Source: Octopus vulgaris (taxonomy: Eukaryota). From it: a stretch of 64,000 nucleotides of DNA. The stretch lies in assembly GCA_951406725.2 (NCBI GenBank), contig OX597819.1, positions 132,184,001 through 132,248,000 of the forward strand, in the 5' to 3' direction. Positions 14,765 through 27,243 of the stretch are shown piece by piece; position 1 is the stretch's first letter, and each line of letters opens with the position of its first letter. Position numbers and translations under genes: made by a program. The notes under the pieces were generated by a model. That model searched no databases. It saw only the letters and a list, made by a program, of their open reading frames with translations, and had not been told where the DNA came from.

Positions 14765-15211
14765 AATATAATTCTTTCTACAGCAGGTACAAGGCCTGAA
14801 CGGGGCTTGGTTGATTGCATCCACCCCAGTACTTGACCAATACTTAACTTTTTTTACCTAAAAAGGATGAAAGGCAGAGTTGATCTTGGCAGCATTTGAA
14901 CTAAGAACATAATCACACAAAGATGGTCGAAATACTGTTTGACATTTTGTCTGGTATGCTAATCACTCTACCAGCTTTCCTCAATAATAATAATAATAAT
15001 CCTTTCTACTGGAAGCACAAGGCCTCAAATTTGGGGGCAGGGATAAATTTAATTACATTGATCCCCAGTGTATAACTGGTACTTAATTTATCGATCTCGA
15101 AAGGATGAAAGGTAAAGTTGACCTTAGTGGAATTTGAACTCAGAACAGAGCAGTAGACAATACTGCTAAGCATTTTGCCTGGCATGCTAACAATTCTGCC
15201 AGCTCACCCCC

Positions 15212-15249
<38 letters not shown>

Positions 15250-15847
15250 TCTACTATAGGCACAAGACCTGAAATTTTGGAGGAGGGGACAAATTGATTA
15301 CATTAATCCCCAGTGCTTGACTGGTACTTATTGGCCCCTAAAGGATGAAAGGCAAAGTCAGCCTCAGTGGGAGTTGAACTCAGAATGTAAGGACAGACAA
15401 AATACCATTGAGCATTTTCCCCAGTGTGCTAATGATCCTGCCTGCTCACCACCTTAATAATAATAATAACGATAATAATAATGATAATAACAATAATGCT
15501 TAAAGAACCTCCGTGATTCTTCACTTAGGGGCGGGGTGGGGGTTGGAGTTATTCTAAAGCTTTTTGTTGCTCAAATAGTTAAAAGCAGAACACCTGGAAC
15601 CACATGTGGCCCATGTGGCCCATGTGACCAAACTACCCAGGTTTACATGTTCATATTTCATTTAAATTCTTAATATTTGTGGCAGTTCATTAGTTCAGTC
15701 ACATGGTTTTGGTGGCCCCAGGTTTGACCAATGCCTTGCCAGTGAATATTTGCTTAGCAGAAACTGTGTAGAAGCTTCCTGTACCTGTGTGTGTGTGGTA
15801 CATCATTTGGGTGGATATGTTCTATGTCAATATATATATATATGCAG

Positions 15848-16002
15848 GGGTGGCTGTGTGGTAAGAAGCTTGCTTCTCAGCTACATTGTTCTAGGTTCAG
15901 TCCCACTGCGTGGCACCTTGGGCAAGTGTCTTCTAATATAACCTCGGGCCGACCAACGCCTTGTGAGTGGATTTGGTTGATGGAAACTGAAAGAAGCCCA
16001 TC

Positions 16003-16044
<42 letters not shown>

Positions 16045-16212
16045 TGTATTTGTGTGTTTGTGTTTGTCCCCACCACCATCACTTGACAACCGGTGTTGGT
16101 GTGTTTATGTAGCGTTTCAGCAAAAGTGACTGATAGAATAAGTACTAGGCTCACAGAGAATAAAGGCAGTGCTCCAGCATGGTTGCAGTCAAATGACTGA
16201 AACAAATAAAAG
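15848..16212 (+). mobile_element. CORE-like tRNA SINE, representative copy; others at about 9330-9712 (-), 17305-17445 (+), 18165-18405 (-), 21365-21510 (-), 28060-28430 (+), 53372-53525 (-) and 53888-54240 (+)
   Basis: gtggctgtgtggtaagaagcttgc...ggttcagtcccactg..tggcaccttgggcaagtgtctt (MIR/CORE-like motif) with an internal microsatellite. Confidence 0.75.
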
Positions 16213-17514
16213 AATATGTGTAGTGTTTGTTTGTTGCTCCCAGTACCCTACAACTGGTCTTGGTTTGTTTACATCCTTGTAACCTAGTCGTTTGACGAAA
16301 AAGGTATAGAATACGTATGGAGACTTAAAAGGGAAAATAAATACGAAGATTGATTTGGTTGCTGCAGTGATTGGAACAAAAGAAGACAAAAAAAAAGAAA
16401 GATATTTACGAAATCCTTTATTTGTCTTCTTTCTGTGATGTTCTAAACCTTTGCAATGCTTGATGTGAAATTTAATGATCTTCACATTTAGTGATTGTTT
16501 TTATTTGAATGCAGCAAATATATATGTATGTGTGTATGTATGTGTGTACACTCACACACACATTTGTATATGTATATATAAAATGGTATAAGTTGAACAT
16601 GTAGTGCTCTTTGAGACCATGTTTCACTTTTTGATCTAGAAGAGTGGGCCTCATGGAGGCGAGGTGTCTGAGTTCCTTTTGTGCGTTGGGCCTCATGGAG
16701 GCAAAGTGGCCAAGCTCCTTTCAAGTCTTGGGCCTCACAGAGGAGGTGACCAAGACCTTTGGCATTATGTCGTGCTTAAGAAGACCCATCAGGCCAAGCA
16801 AAATTGCAGTCATGGCAGATAGCGGTGTCATGCAAATGGCACCCGTGCTGGTGGCATGTAAAAGTACTCATTACATTCTTGGAATGGTTGGCATCAGGAA
16901 GAGCATCCAGCCGTAGAAAACCATGCCAAATTGGACTGGATCCTGGTTGCAACCTTCTAGTGTGCCAGCCCAGTCAAACTGTCCAACCCATGCCAGCATG
17001 GACAATGGACGTTAAATGATAATGAGGACAATTTGGACAATGGCAGTGAAGGTTGTGAGGGTTTGGGGGAGGGTGGATAAATAAAAGAACAGAAAGTCAT
17101 TTCCAAACTTTTCAGCTGAAATTGAATCCTGTGAGACTGAAAAGCCATTGCATATTTTGTTGGTTCTGATTCCCGTGTTCCATCAAGAACGGTGAAGAAG
17201 AATCATGGCACAAGTTGGAAAGGAAGGCTGAAACCAGCTTCTTAAATGGCCCTGTATTGTGTATATGAGAAAAATATTGTGTGTGTGTGTGTGTGTTGTA
17301 GGTATATGCAGGCTTGTATGATTAAGAAGGTTGCTTCCCAATTGCACAGTGTCAGGTTCAGTCCCACTGTGTGGCACCTTGAACAAGTGTCTTCTTTAGC
17401 TTTGGGCTGACGAAAACCATGTATGTGGAAACTGAAAGAAGCCCCTTACACACACACACACTCACAGATATTGAACAGTGAGAATGAGTGCTCAACACTG
17501 CATTGGTGGATAAA

Positions 17515-17733
17515 TATTATTTGCTGGTTACCATGATTACCAATGGTTTCATGTAAAGCAGGATCTCTACAATCTTTCAAGGCCTGTATCATGGGAACAT
17601 TGGTACTTGTCTCCATTTTGTATTCTCATCCAAAATGGAGATGAATATCAACATTCCCATGTGGCAGGCTTGAAAATTGTAAAGAGACCCCTCTTTGCAT
17701 GAAAGCATTGGTAGCCTTGCTGGCCTCCAAATA
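17515..17733. repeat. Imperfect ~100-bp inverted repeat (hairpin)
   Basis: Centre ctccattttg-tattctcatc-caaaatggag; outer arms taccaatggtttcatgtaaag and ctttgcatgaaagcattggta. Confidence 0.75.
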
Positions 17734-19782
17734 AAGTGTGTGTATATGTGAGAGATCCTGTTTCTCTGTGAACATTTGTGCTTCTATGAAAATCTGCAAC
17801 CTATGGGCAGTGATGTAGTCACTTGTGCCAATAAATCATCCACTTGCATTGCGCCTTTTGAAGGTGTGTGGAATAAGAGGTCCCTCTCTTGAAAAAAAGC
17901 AAAAAAAAGCAAAAAAAAGAAAAAAAAAGAACAGGTAAGGCTTAGTGACTGGAAAGGCATCCAGACGTAAAACTATTCTCCACTCATATATTCACCTAAA
18001 AACGAATAAACCTAATTAAAATAACAACTCAGTTTATGCGGCAGAATTGAAGGAATTTTACTTTTTTACTTGGAATGAATAGTTGTGAGAGAGAAGAGAT
18101 TCCACAACAGATTTTTTGTAAGAAGTTCCAGGTGTTTTCGGAAACCAGTCTATCTTTTGTGTACCTTTCTTTTACTTGTTTCATTCTTTTGAATGTGGCC
18201 ATGCTGGGGCACCGCTTTGAAGAATATTTAGTCTTTTTTTAAATCTTGGTACTTATTTTATTGGTCTCTTTTGCCACGTGGCTAAGTTACGAGGATATAA
18301 ACCCACCAACTCTGGTTGTCAAGTGGTGGTGGGGGGACAAAGAAACATATGCACATGCAGGAAGGGATTCTTTCAGTTTCCATCTACCAAATGCATTGAC
18401 AAGGTTTTTGCCTGAGACTACAGTAAAGGCAGTTACGTTCAAACCAGCCAGATCAGGCCTCTCACACCTACCCTACAATGTCATTCTAAAAATAATGATT
18501 GAAACATTGAAGCTATGAGATAAAACAAGATTCTAAACAATGTGAATAAATAAGGGATTACATTTGATAGAATGACCTGAAATGCCAGAGTTAAAGAATG
18601 GGAAGTCACTTCACCCTTTCTTTACCCCATTTCTGTTGAGATGCTCTGTGTTTCTTTCATTCAATTTTAAATATAACAAAGAATTTAGTAAAATAACTTA
18701 ATTATCATGAAGCTATTGTTAGGAACATAAATTGTGACTAAGATTTGGTGGACGATTTTTAATTCAGAACTTATGAAAACAAGACATTTGTACTCAGAGA
18801 CAGAGCCGGTTTCAGCCGGGTTGGTAATGAAAGGGTTAATCTTTTTTATTCTGTTTGAATACTTCGCATGCTGGAATCTGGTTTCAAGTTATAAAGTCTC
18901 TTCATTTCATTTTATTCACAAAAGATTGAAGAATAATTTTTCTATCATCATCATCATCATTTAATGTACGCTTTCCATGCTAGCATGGGTTGGACGATTG
19001 ACTGAGGTCTGGCGAACCAGATGGCTGCACCAGATTCCAATCTGATCTGGCAGAGTTTCTACAGCTGGATGCCCTTCTTAATGCCAACCACTCCGAGAGT
19101 GTAGTGGGTGCTTTTATGCAAAGATAAATTCATCAATTTTTAACTCCATCTCACCCACCTGTATCAGTTAGTTTGTGCTGCTTCTCCAGTTTAATATTTT
19201 CGTAGATGTTGTTGTCATTGGTTTTCTTTCACATTGGTTTCTGCATAACATAATGTCAACTAGTTTGTTTTCTTCTCTTGATGACTTCTTCCTGTGTGCG
19301 TGTATGTATGTAGGCAGGTTTTAGTTCAGCCCTAGGTCAGCCCTTATCAAACAGGTCTGTCATCAGCAATGTTCCATCTGTGACTATCCCATTTTGTATG
19401 TTTAGGGACCACATTATCCTACAGTTTTATTTTACTTTAAGTTAGTAGGATGTGAGAGTTGAAGGAACTTGACTGTTATTTCTAGCAAGTTGAGTGACCA
19501 TGTACAGTTCCTTGTTGGCTTGGTGTGTGCAAGTCTGGGTGATGTATACAGGTGTAGATATGGTCAGATAAGATTCACAGCCACGGTGTCTTTGTGTTGT
19601 CACAGCTACAAAGCCCTTCCTCTATCTCGACAGCCATAAAGTGCTCCCCGTGCCTTAGGCAAGTATTTCTGGCACAGTCTCAATTTAATCCAAATCTTGT
19701 GGGTGAAATCAGGTTGATGGAAATTCTATGGAAGCTTGCCAGATCTTTTTAATTAAGTGTCACTCCTCTTACTCTTCACTAT

Positions 19783-19817
<35 letters not shown>

Positions 19818-21560
19818 TTTATATAATATACGTTTGTGTATGAATAGAAATTTTACTTTGCACACAAGTTTTCCGGTTCAGTGATATAAAAATCTGCAGT
19901 TAAGGCTATCACAATTATTTTAGATCAGTGTGTCACAAACTATTTTAATCATCAGTGCTTTCCTCTTAGCACTTTCTCAATGCCCCTCCCCTCGGCTTCT
20001 GCAAGATTAAACACACTTTTGCTGCCGACAGACCAGTTACCAGGAAACGATTATTTTATACATCAGTCATAGCATCACCAGAATATGGAATGTCAATGTT
20101 GGTAGATCATCATCGTCATTTAACGCCTGTTGTCCATGCTGACATGGGCTGGATAGTTTGACCGGAGGTGGCCATCTGGAGGGCTGCACCATGCCCCAGT
20201 CGTCTGTTTTGGCATGGTTTCTGTGGCTGGAGGATCTTTTGAGTGCCAACCACTTACAAGGGTACTGGGTGCTTTTAATGTGGCACCAGCATGGGTGCTC
20301 TTAGATATATGTTTGTTTACTTTGTCACATTTCAAAGTTTATTCTTTTTGTCAGCCAGCAGATTTTTTTTTTTTTAATATAAAATCTAAAATAATTTTGA
20401 AAGTTAATTAAAAAAAAATAGGAAACAAAGAAAAAAGAAAGTACAGATGCATCTATTGTCTCTCTCTACCCCCTCCAGTGCCCATATAAAGTCACCTCTT
20501 CTACGTCAGGGGTTGGGAGCACCCGCTTTGGGAAATCCTATTTGTTCAATAATAATAATAATGATTTCAAATTTTGGCACAAGGCCAGCAATTTTGGGGG
20601 CGGGGCTAAGTCGATTACATCCCCACCCCCGCCCAGCTGGTACTTATTTTATCAATGCTGAAAGAATGAAAGACAAAGGTGACCTCAGTGGAATTTGAAC
20701 TTTGAATGTGAAAACGGACAAAATACTGCTAAGCATTTTGCCTGGCTGGCCAACGATTCTACCAGCTCACTGCCTTAATAGTAGATAACAACAACAACAG
20801 CAATCGTTATAATGGTGATGATTTAATACACTTAGACATGAATGTGTAATTGTTGTAAAATGTTAAGTTGTGAATCATTTCTGCCAGTTGTTTTGTATGG
20901 GTTTCAGGGGATTGATAAAGGATTGATTCTTGTCAATACGAGTAACAAATAAGCAAACCTTTAATTAGTTTAATGATGGTTGTATGAGTAATTAATGTTT
21001 AATTGTGACAAGGATTTCTTGCGGTTATTTCTCTTGCTAACAGATGAATAATATTTTAAGGGCAGCATAACATTATTAAAATCTTACCAGACCCCAGTTA
21101 TGGTCCCACCAAAATAAAAGAAGGAAGTTGGAAGTGACTACAACAGATACCCCAGGGATTTTAGCAGGGTTTACATTGACAGAAGCTGATCAGGTATCAT
21201 TAGAGGATATAGCAGTAAATGGAATTAATTATAGTTGATTTGACAAACAGCCTTTGCTGCTGTTTTTGGTATTGGCAAATCCTAAACACAATTGGCTGTT
21301 TTCCCTCCTAGCTATTAAAGGACGCACAAGCTGTCTGTCTGTCTGTCTGTCTCACACACACACAGGAACTTCCACGTACCAAATACTATCACAAGGTTTT
21401 GGTCAGCCCGATGTTATAGCAGCAGAAGACACTTGCTCCAAGGTGCCACACAGTGGGGCTGGGCCTGAAGCTGTACAGTTAGGAAGCAAGCTTTCAAACC
21501 ACACAGCCATGCCAGTGCTTATTCCTAACACACAGTTTAAAAATTAATTTTGTGAAGAAT

Positions 21561-21620
21561 TGGCTGCTGATGAAGCAAGTCCTTCAAGTTACCATTATAC
21601 CTGCTGAAACCAGTAGCCAT
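21561..21620 (+). ncRNA. Minimal hammerhead-like motif, different family
   Basis: tggctg CTGATGA AGCAAGT...ACCTGCT GAAA CCAG TA gcca; stem II pairs at 6 of 7 positions; stem I tggc(t)/(a)gcca; stem III resembles a decayed ACCGGT. Confidence 0.55.
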
Positions 21621-21778
21621 AGAGAAAGTCTTGTAGATTGTGGTATCCTCTCAATGTCTTTAACTGATATTGAGTCGAAAACAAAACTGCAACCTTAGAA
21701 TTTAGCAAGAATTGAGTGTGTTGTACCATAAATATAGCCCTAAACCAGCATTTTATCTTTATAAATTTGGGTTGTTTT

Positions 21779-21816
<38 letters not shown>

Positions 21817-22131
21817 TCATCATCATCATCATCATCATCATAATACGTCCGTTGTCCATGCTGGCATGGGTTGGATGGTTTGACCAGGGCTGGCACCAAA
21901 CTCCAGTCTGATTTTGCATAGTTTTCTACGGCTGGATGCCCTTCCTAACGCCAACAACTCTGAGAGTGTAATGGGTGCTTTTATGTACCCCTGGCACAGG
22001 TGCCATTTGTATAACATTAGTACCTGCTGCAACTATGATTTGGCTCAGCTTGATGGATCTTCTCAAGCACAACATAATACAAAGTTCTCGGTCATTGCCT
22101 CTGTGAGGCCCAGCACTCAAAAGGAACTCAG

Positions 22132-22168
<37 letters not shown>

Positions 22169-22197
22169 GTATGTGTATATATATATATATATATATA

Positions 22198-22513
22198 GGT
22201 GAGAAACTTGATGTGTGAAAGCACCTGGTTGAATATATAGAAAATAGTAAAAAGTGAAAAAACTACAGAAGGCTTGTTTTAAAAGGTTAAAAAATATATT
22301 TGAGTCATTATGTCAGAAGAATGTTATAAATTTTTTTTCATAATGAAGACATAACACAATGTTTTGAGAAATTTGAAAAGTTAACACGAAACCGACAATT
22401 TCTTCAAAAACTGCATGAAAAAAATTTTATAACATTCTTCTGACATAATGACTCAAATATATTTTTTAACCTTTTAAAACAAGCCTTCTGTAGTTTTTTC
22501 ACTTTTTACTATT

Positions 22514-22523
<10 letters not shown>
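22198..22523. mobile_element. Penelope-type inverted pLTR remnant (109-bp near-perfect inverted repeat)
   Basis: 22233-22341 versus 22415-22523 differ at about one position. The loop contains a degenerate HHR (gaaat TTGAAAA gttaacac GAAA CCGA CA atttc); ~35-nt unpaired tail at 22198-22232; sits in (TA)n. Confidence 0.7.
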
Positions 22524-22554
<31 letters not shown>

Positions 22555-22810
22555 ATGGAATGGAAGAGATGTTTCATAGTGAGTGGAACCTCGGAAGTGG
22601 TAAATATCCAGAACCTTCCATCTCAATAAACCACTATTGTTCCTTGAAAGTTGTTTTTTAATATTTTAACTACAGATTGCTTGAAGCTTTCTTCCTACAC
22701 CTCCATCCCTTAAATTTATTTATATATAAAACATTTTTCTAGATTTTCTATTATAGGATCCCATCAAACCTTTTTGGGTTTTCAAATGCATCCTGGATAT
22801 ATACTGTCGT

Positions 22811-22870
<60 letters not shown>

Positions 22871-23579
22871 TTGCATGTGCTTGTGTAAAGCTGCTTCTGC
22901 TATGCTACCAACTTGAATTATCTGGATATATTCTTTAATCATTAGTAATGTGAATCGTCTTCAGTAACGATGCATCTCATTAATGATGCATATTAAATCA
23001 GGTTTTCAGGTTATTCAGTTTACATTTTGAATGTCTTTTTTGTGGGGGATCAACTCCAATGAAATGTTTCTAGTATTTAAGTTTAATACTCTAAAGATTT
23101 GGATGTTGCTGCTCTTGACTAATCTTTTCCTGTTTATCTCTGGAAATCTCAACAGAATGCAATTGGGAATGTGTGTGTGTGTGAATGTGGTTTAGTTGCA
23201 GGTGTATGATCGGATCAAAGCAGATGGTTGCAACCATTTTCTCTTTTCAGTGGAATCTAAAACTATGTAATCTACTGGGTGTGTTTTATTTACTTACACT
23301 TTGTAGGGAGACTCGGCTGCTATTTCTAGCAAGTGAAACAACTTTGTAGAAGCCCACTTTTAGTCTTTTGAGATATTGATGTTAGTGGTAGAGCTGCAGT
23401 AGTTAAGGCTGTTCTAAGTATTTGTTACAAAATGGATTTAGAATTAGGTCAAGTGCTTGTCTATTGTTCTTGGACACAGTTTCACTACCATGGAATGGTG
23501 AGCTTGGAAATGCACTTTTCAGATTTGGAAAAAAAAAGTTTAAAATTGTTATTCAGTTATGGATATTCCAGAAGTTAGA

Positions 23580-23682
<103 letters not shown>

Positions 23683-23685
23683 ACG

Positions 23686-23729
<44 letters not shown>

Positions 23730-23744
23730 TACATACATACATAC

Positions 23745-25112
23745 ATAAGGAAAATAAGTCAAAGTAGAAAATGCTAAAGTAATTTTATCATGAAAAACAT
23801 TTTAGCATCAGTTTCAGTCATTGACACTTTTTCAACTCTAAGTATGGAAAACAATTAAATTGTGGAAAAATTAAAAGGAAAGTTTTTTTAAAAAAGTATT
23901 TCCACAGTATTCAGATACAAGGGGCATTTTCCTTGTTTCTTCCTGTCTCTGTCTCTCTTTTTTTTACTCTTGTAGGTTTGAGGTAGTTATGGATTTTTGG
24001 TATTGGCGCAAATGTCTGTGTTGACCGAATGCTATTTTTCTGTTTTTGGGAATTTTGATCTGGAATATGTGCAGAGCCATTCTTTTGTGTAGACTGGTTT
24101 TTGTTTGGCCTATATATTGCTCTTGACACCCAGAGCAGGTTAGTGTGTATATCAGGTTCTCCGAAGTACATGTGAAGTTGCTTTTCACTGTGAAACATTG
24201 TCCCTGTTTGAAGGAGAATTCTGATCCCTCAAATTGACACATATCCCACAGTTGGGTCTTCCGCATTTTTTTACTGATGGCTTCTGTGTTGTTATTGAGC
24301 ATATTCGGGCTTGTGTTAGGAGACTTTTCATAGATTTGGGCTGTCTCTTGCTTTTTATGATGGTGTGTGTTTGGAGGATTAAGTTCATTCTGTGGTCCTT
24401 TTTAGCAGGGGAATGTTTTGAAGGATGGTGTCAAAAGCTTCATTGTTAAGAGGGTTGTGTGTGGAAATGTATGGTAGGGCTTTTGGTTGTAAATCCTTTA
24501 ATTTGGGATGTCTAAGTTTGTGGATGTTGAGTTGTAGGGTTCGTTGAAAGCATATGTCAATTAGTGATGGTGGGTAGTTCTTGGGGATGAGTGTATCCTT
24601 TAGTTCATGTAGTCGTGTGTCCCTGGTGTTTGCATTAGAAACTATAGTACATATCCTTTTTGCTAGATTGAAGGGGATATTCCTTCTGGTGTGTCTGGGG
24701 TGGCATGAATTGAACGGTAGATATTGCTTGGAGTCTGTGGGCTTTTAGTATATATCTGTTTCTATTACGTTGTTAGATTTCTTAATGAGGATGTCGAGGA
24801 AGGGAAGGAAGTTGTTGATGGCTAAATTCCATCGTGAATTGAAGCCACCAGAGTAAAAAAAAGAGAGACAGAGACAGGCAGAAACAAGGAAAATTCCCAT
24901 TGTATTTGAATACAATGGAAATATTAAAAAAAAAAAAAAAATTCTTTTAATTTTTTCCACAATTTAATTGTTTTCCATACTTAGAGTTGAAAAAGTGTCA
25001 ATGACTGAAACCGATACTAAAATGTTTTTCATGATAAAATTACTTTAGCATTTTCTACTTTGACTTATTTTCCTTATACATGTCAACTTGTGTGTTCCTT
25101 TTCAACCATCTA
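23745..25112 (-). mobile_element. 5'-truncated Penelope-like retroelement (RT thumb plus GIY-YIG endonuclease remnant) between inverted pseudo-LTRs
   Basis: Minus-strand peptides FLPFLDILIKKSNNVIETDIY*KPTDSKQYLPFNSCHP, KKCGRPNCGIC and FTCTSENLIYTLTCSGCQEQYIGQT (GIY-YIG-like IY...YIG), disrupted by stops and frameshifts. Inverted arms 23745-23970 and 24850-25077. Confidence 0.9.
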
Positions 25113-27021
25113 CATATATATATATGTATAAATATATATATATATATAAATCCATTTTGCAAGATTCCTGATGTGAAATCGTGTGTTGAAACAGATATTG
25201 TTGTATTTTGGGATGGTTTTATTTATTTATTTTGGAGTAAGTGGAGCAAGAACACACATGGAAATGAAAAGTGTTGCTGAAGAGGTCACAAAAGATTTGG
25301 ACAGGTATTAAAATGATAAAATAACAGTAATAAATGAGTGAAGCAAAAAAATACAGTGCGTGTGTTTTTGGCAAAAAAACCCCCGACCGTCCCAAAATAC
25401 AATTATATATAATTATATATATATATATATATATACACACTCACACACCCCCTGATATTAGATAGGGTATTAGTATTTATGATATACAAATTATTGCCTT
25501 AGTTTTCTGTAGCTACTGAAATTGTTGAGTGTATGAACAGATCGGCTGCTTGTTTTGAATTGGTCAGATTGATGTCGACGTCCCCGATGGGAATCCAATA
25601 AGATTTGAAAATCAATTAAGGTTGTTTACGGAGAAATAGCTAAATTAGCCTTGTTTATACATCTGCTACATAGATAGGGTGCATATGTATGTAACGAAAC
25701 CTCCCTAAACTAGAAACCCTTAAACAAGTATTCTCCTTACCAGAATTAGAATATTTATGAAGGACAATCCCGTGGTATCAGTGTATGGTATAATATATGC
25801 AGTAAAGGTGGCCAGCTGGCAGAAACGTTAGCACGCCGAGTGAAATGCCTAGTGGTATTTCGTCAGCTGTTATGTTCTGAGTTCAAATTCCACTGAAGTT
25901 GACTTTGCCTTTCATCTTTTCGGGGTCGATTAAATAAGTACCAGTTACGCACTGTGATCGATATAATCGACTTAATCCGTTTGTCTGTCCTTTTTTGTCC
26001 TCTCTGTGTTTAGCCCCTTGTGGGTAGTAAAGAAATAGGTATAATATATGCAGTAAGACTGCCATAAACCAAGAACCCCTACACAACTTCAAACCTACAA
26101 GGACTAGAATTTCACTGATGGACAACTTGGAACCATGAGAACACAAGATACAAAAGTTCATAATCAACAAGCACACCTAATGGATAGATCCCTCATCAGC
26201 TGCCTAATCGATATGATTATGGTTTTGGCACTTGGGGCATTAGCATTTATGCCTGCAGAGTCAACAGCCTCAAAGTCATAAATGCTGTCTGGCTATTGAT
26301 GGAGAAGCAGCAGGAATGAAACCAGCACAATATGTCCGTTATGTTTCCACCTGTTTATTGTTACAAATACTCATATCTCCTCATATCTCGAGGAGCATCA
26401 ATCATTTCATATGAAGCACAAATTCAAAAATGTGATGTAGGAAATAGAGAGGAATATTCTTCAAAATGGATGCTGCTATCCCAAGAATTACAGAGAATTT
26501 AAAAATCATAAACCATTAAAATGAATTAGCCAACTGAATGTAACGAGCAAAATGTCAGAAACTGAGGTTGCTAAAACGTAAAATGGGGAATAATAATAAT
26601 AATGTAAAGAACTGGAATTGGTCAAAATAGATTAGTCAAAGAACATAAAGCATTAGACATCGGTCCTTAACTAACAATCTGTAACACATTTAAAACACAA
26701 AAACATAGAATGAACCAAATGTAAACTAATGGAATAAGATCCAATAATCGGGTTTCAATTGTCTTGAAACAATGCATTATGGGAGTAAACCAGTGCAGAC
26801 CAATATCTACGAGATACAAATTGTCATTATAGAAAACAGATCCAACCTTTCAGCATTTGGCCAAATCCGGCCCAAATATTCTACCTGTTTTCTGTTCAAA
26901 CTGGCAAGATTTGGCAAAGTCACACCCACCATACAATGTATTTTCTAAGAATAAATAATCACATCAAAATCTTAAATTTTCAAGATACTGCATGATTAAT
27001 TCAAAATAATATGAACATTAA

Positions 27022-27243
27022 CCCTTTTGATACTAACCCGGCCAAAACCGGCTCTGGCTCTGTAGTATAAATGTCTTGTTTTCATAAGTTTTTCATTAAA
27101 ATCTTCCACCAAACCTTAGTCACAATTTATGTTCCTAACACTAGCTTAATGATAACTAAGTTATTTTACTAAATTCTTTGTAATATTTACAATTAATTGA
27201 AAGAAACTCAGAGCATCTCAAAATAAATATGGTAACAAAAGGG
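27022..27243 (+). mobile_element. piggyBac-like MITE (TTAA TSD); other copies at 18614-18835 (-), 37362-37580 (+) and 37925-38140 (+)
   Basis: TTAA|CCCTTTTG...CAAAAGGG|TTAA; the shared internal sequence is recognisable in all four copies. Confidence 0.75.

Larger units (their letters stand above)
13698..15455 (-). mobile_element. Cluster of tRNA-derived SINEs with a Nin/Deu-like central domain, separated by (TAA)n
   Basis: Copies at about 13698-13908, 14775-14985, 15000-15212 and 15250-15455; central gcctttcatcctttcggggtcgataaa..agtaccag motif. Also at 4890-5095 (-), 5990-6170 (+), 20565-20775 (-), 25805-26040 (+) and 45950-46160 (-). Confidence 0.8.

Noticed and set aside
13680-15500. Repeat-spacer-like periodicity resembling a CRISPR array
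   Set aside because: Eukaryotic SINE copies separated by microsatellites; no constant short repeat with unique spacers and no cas genes.
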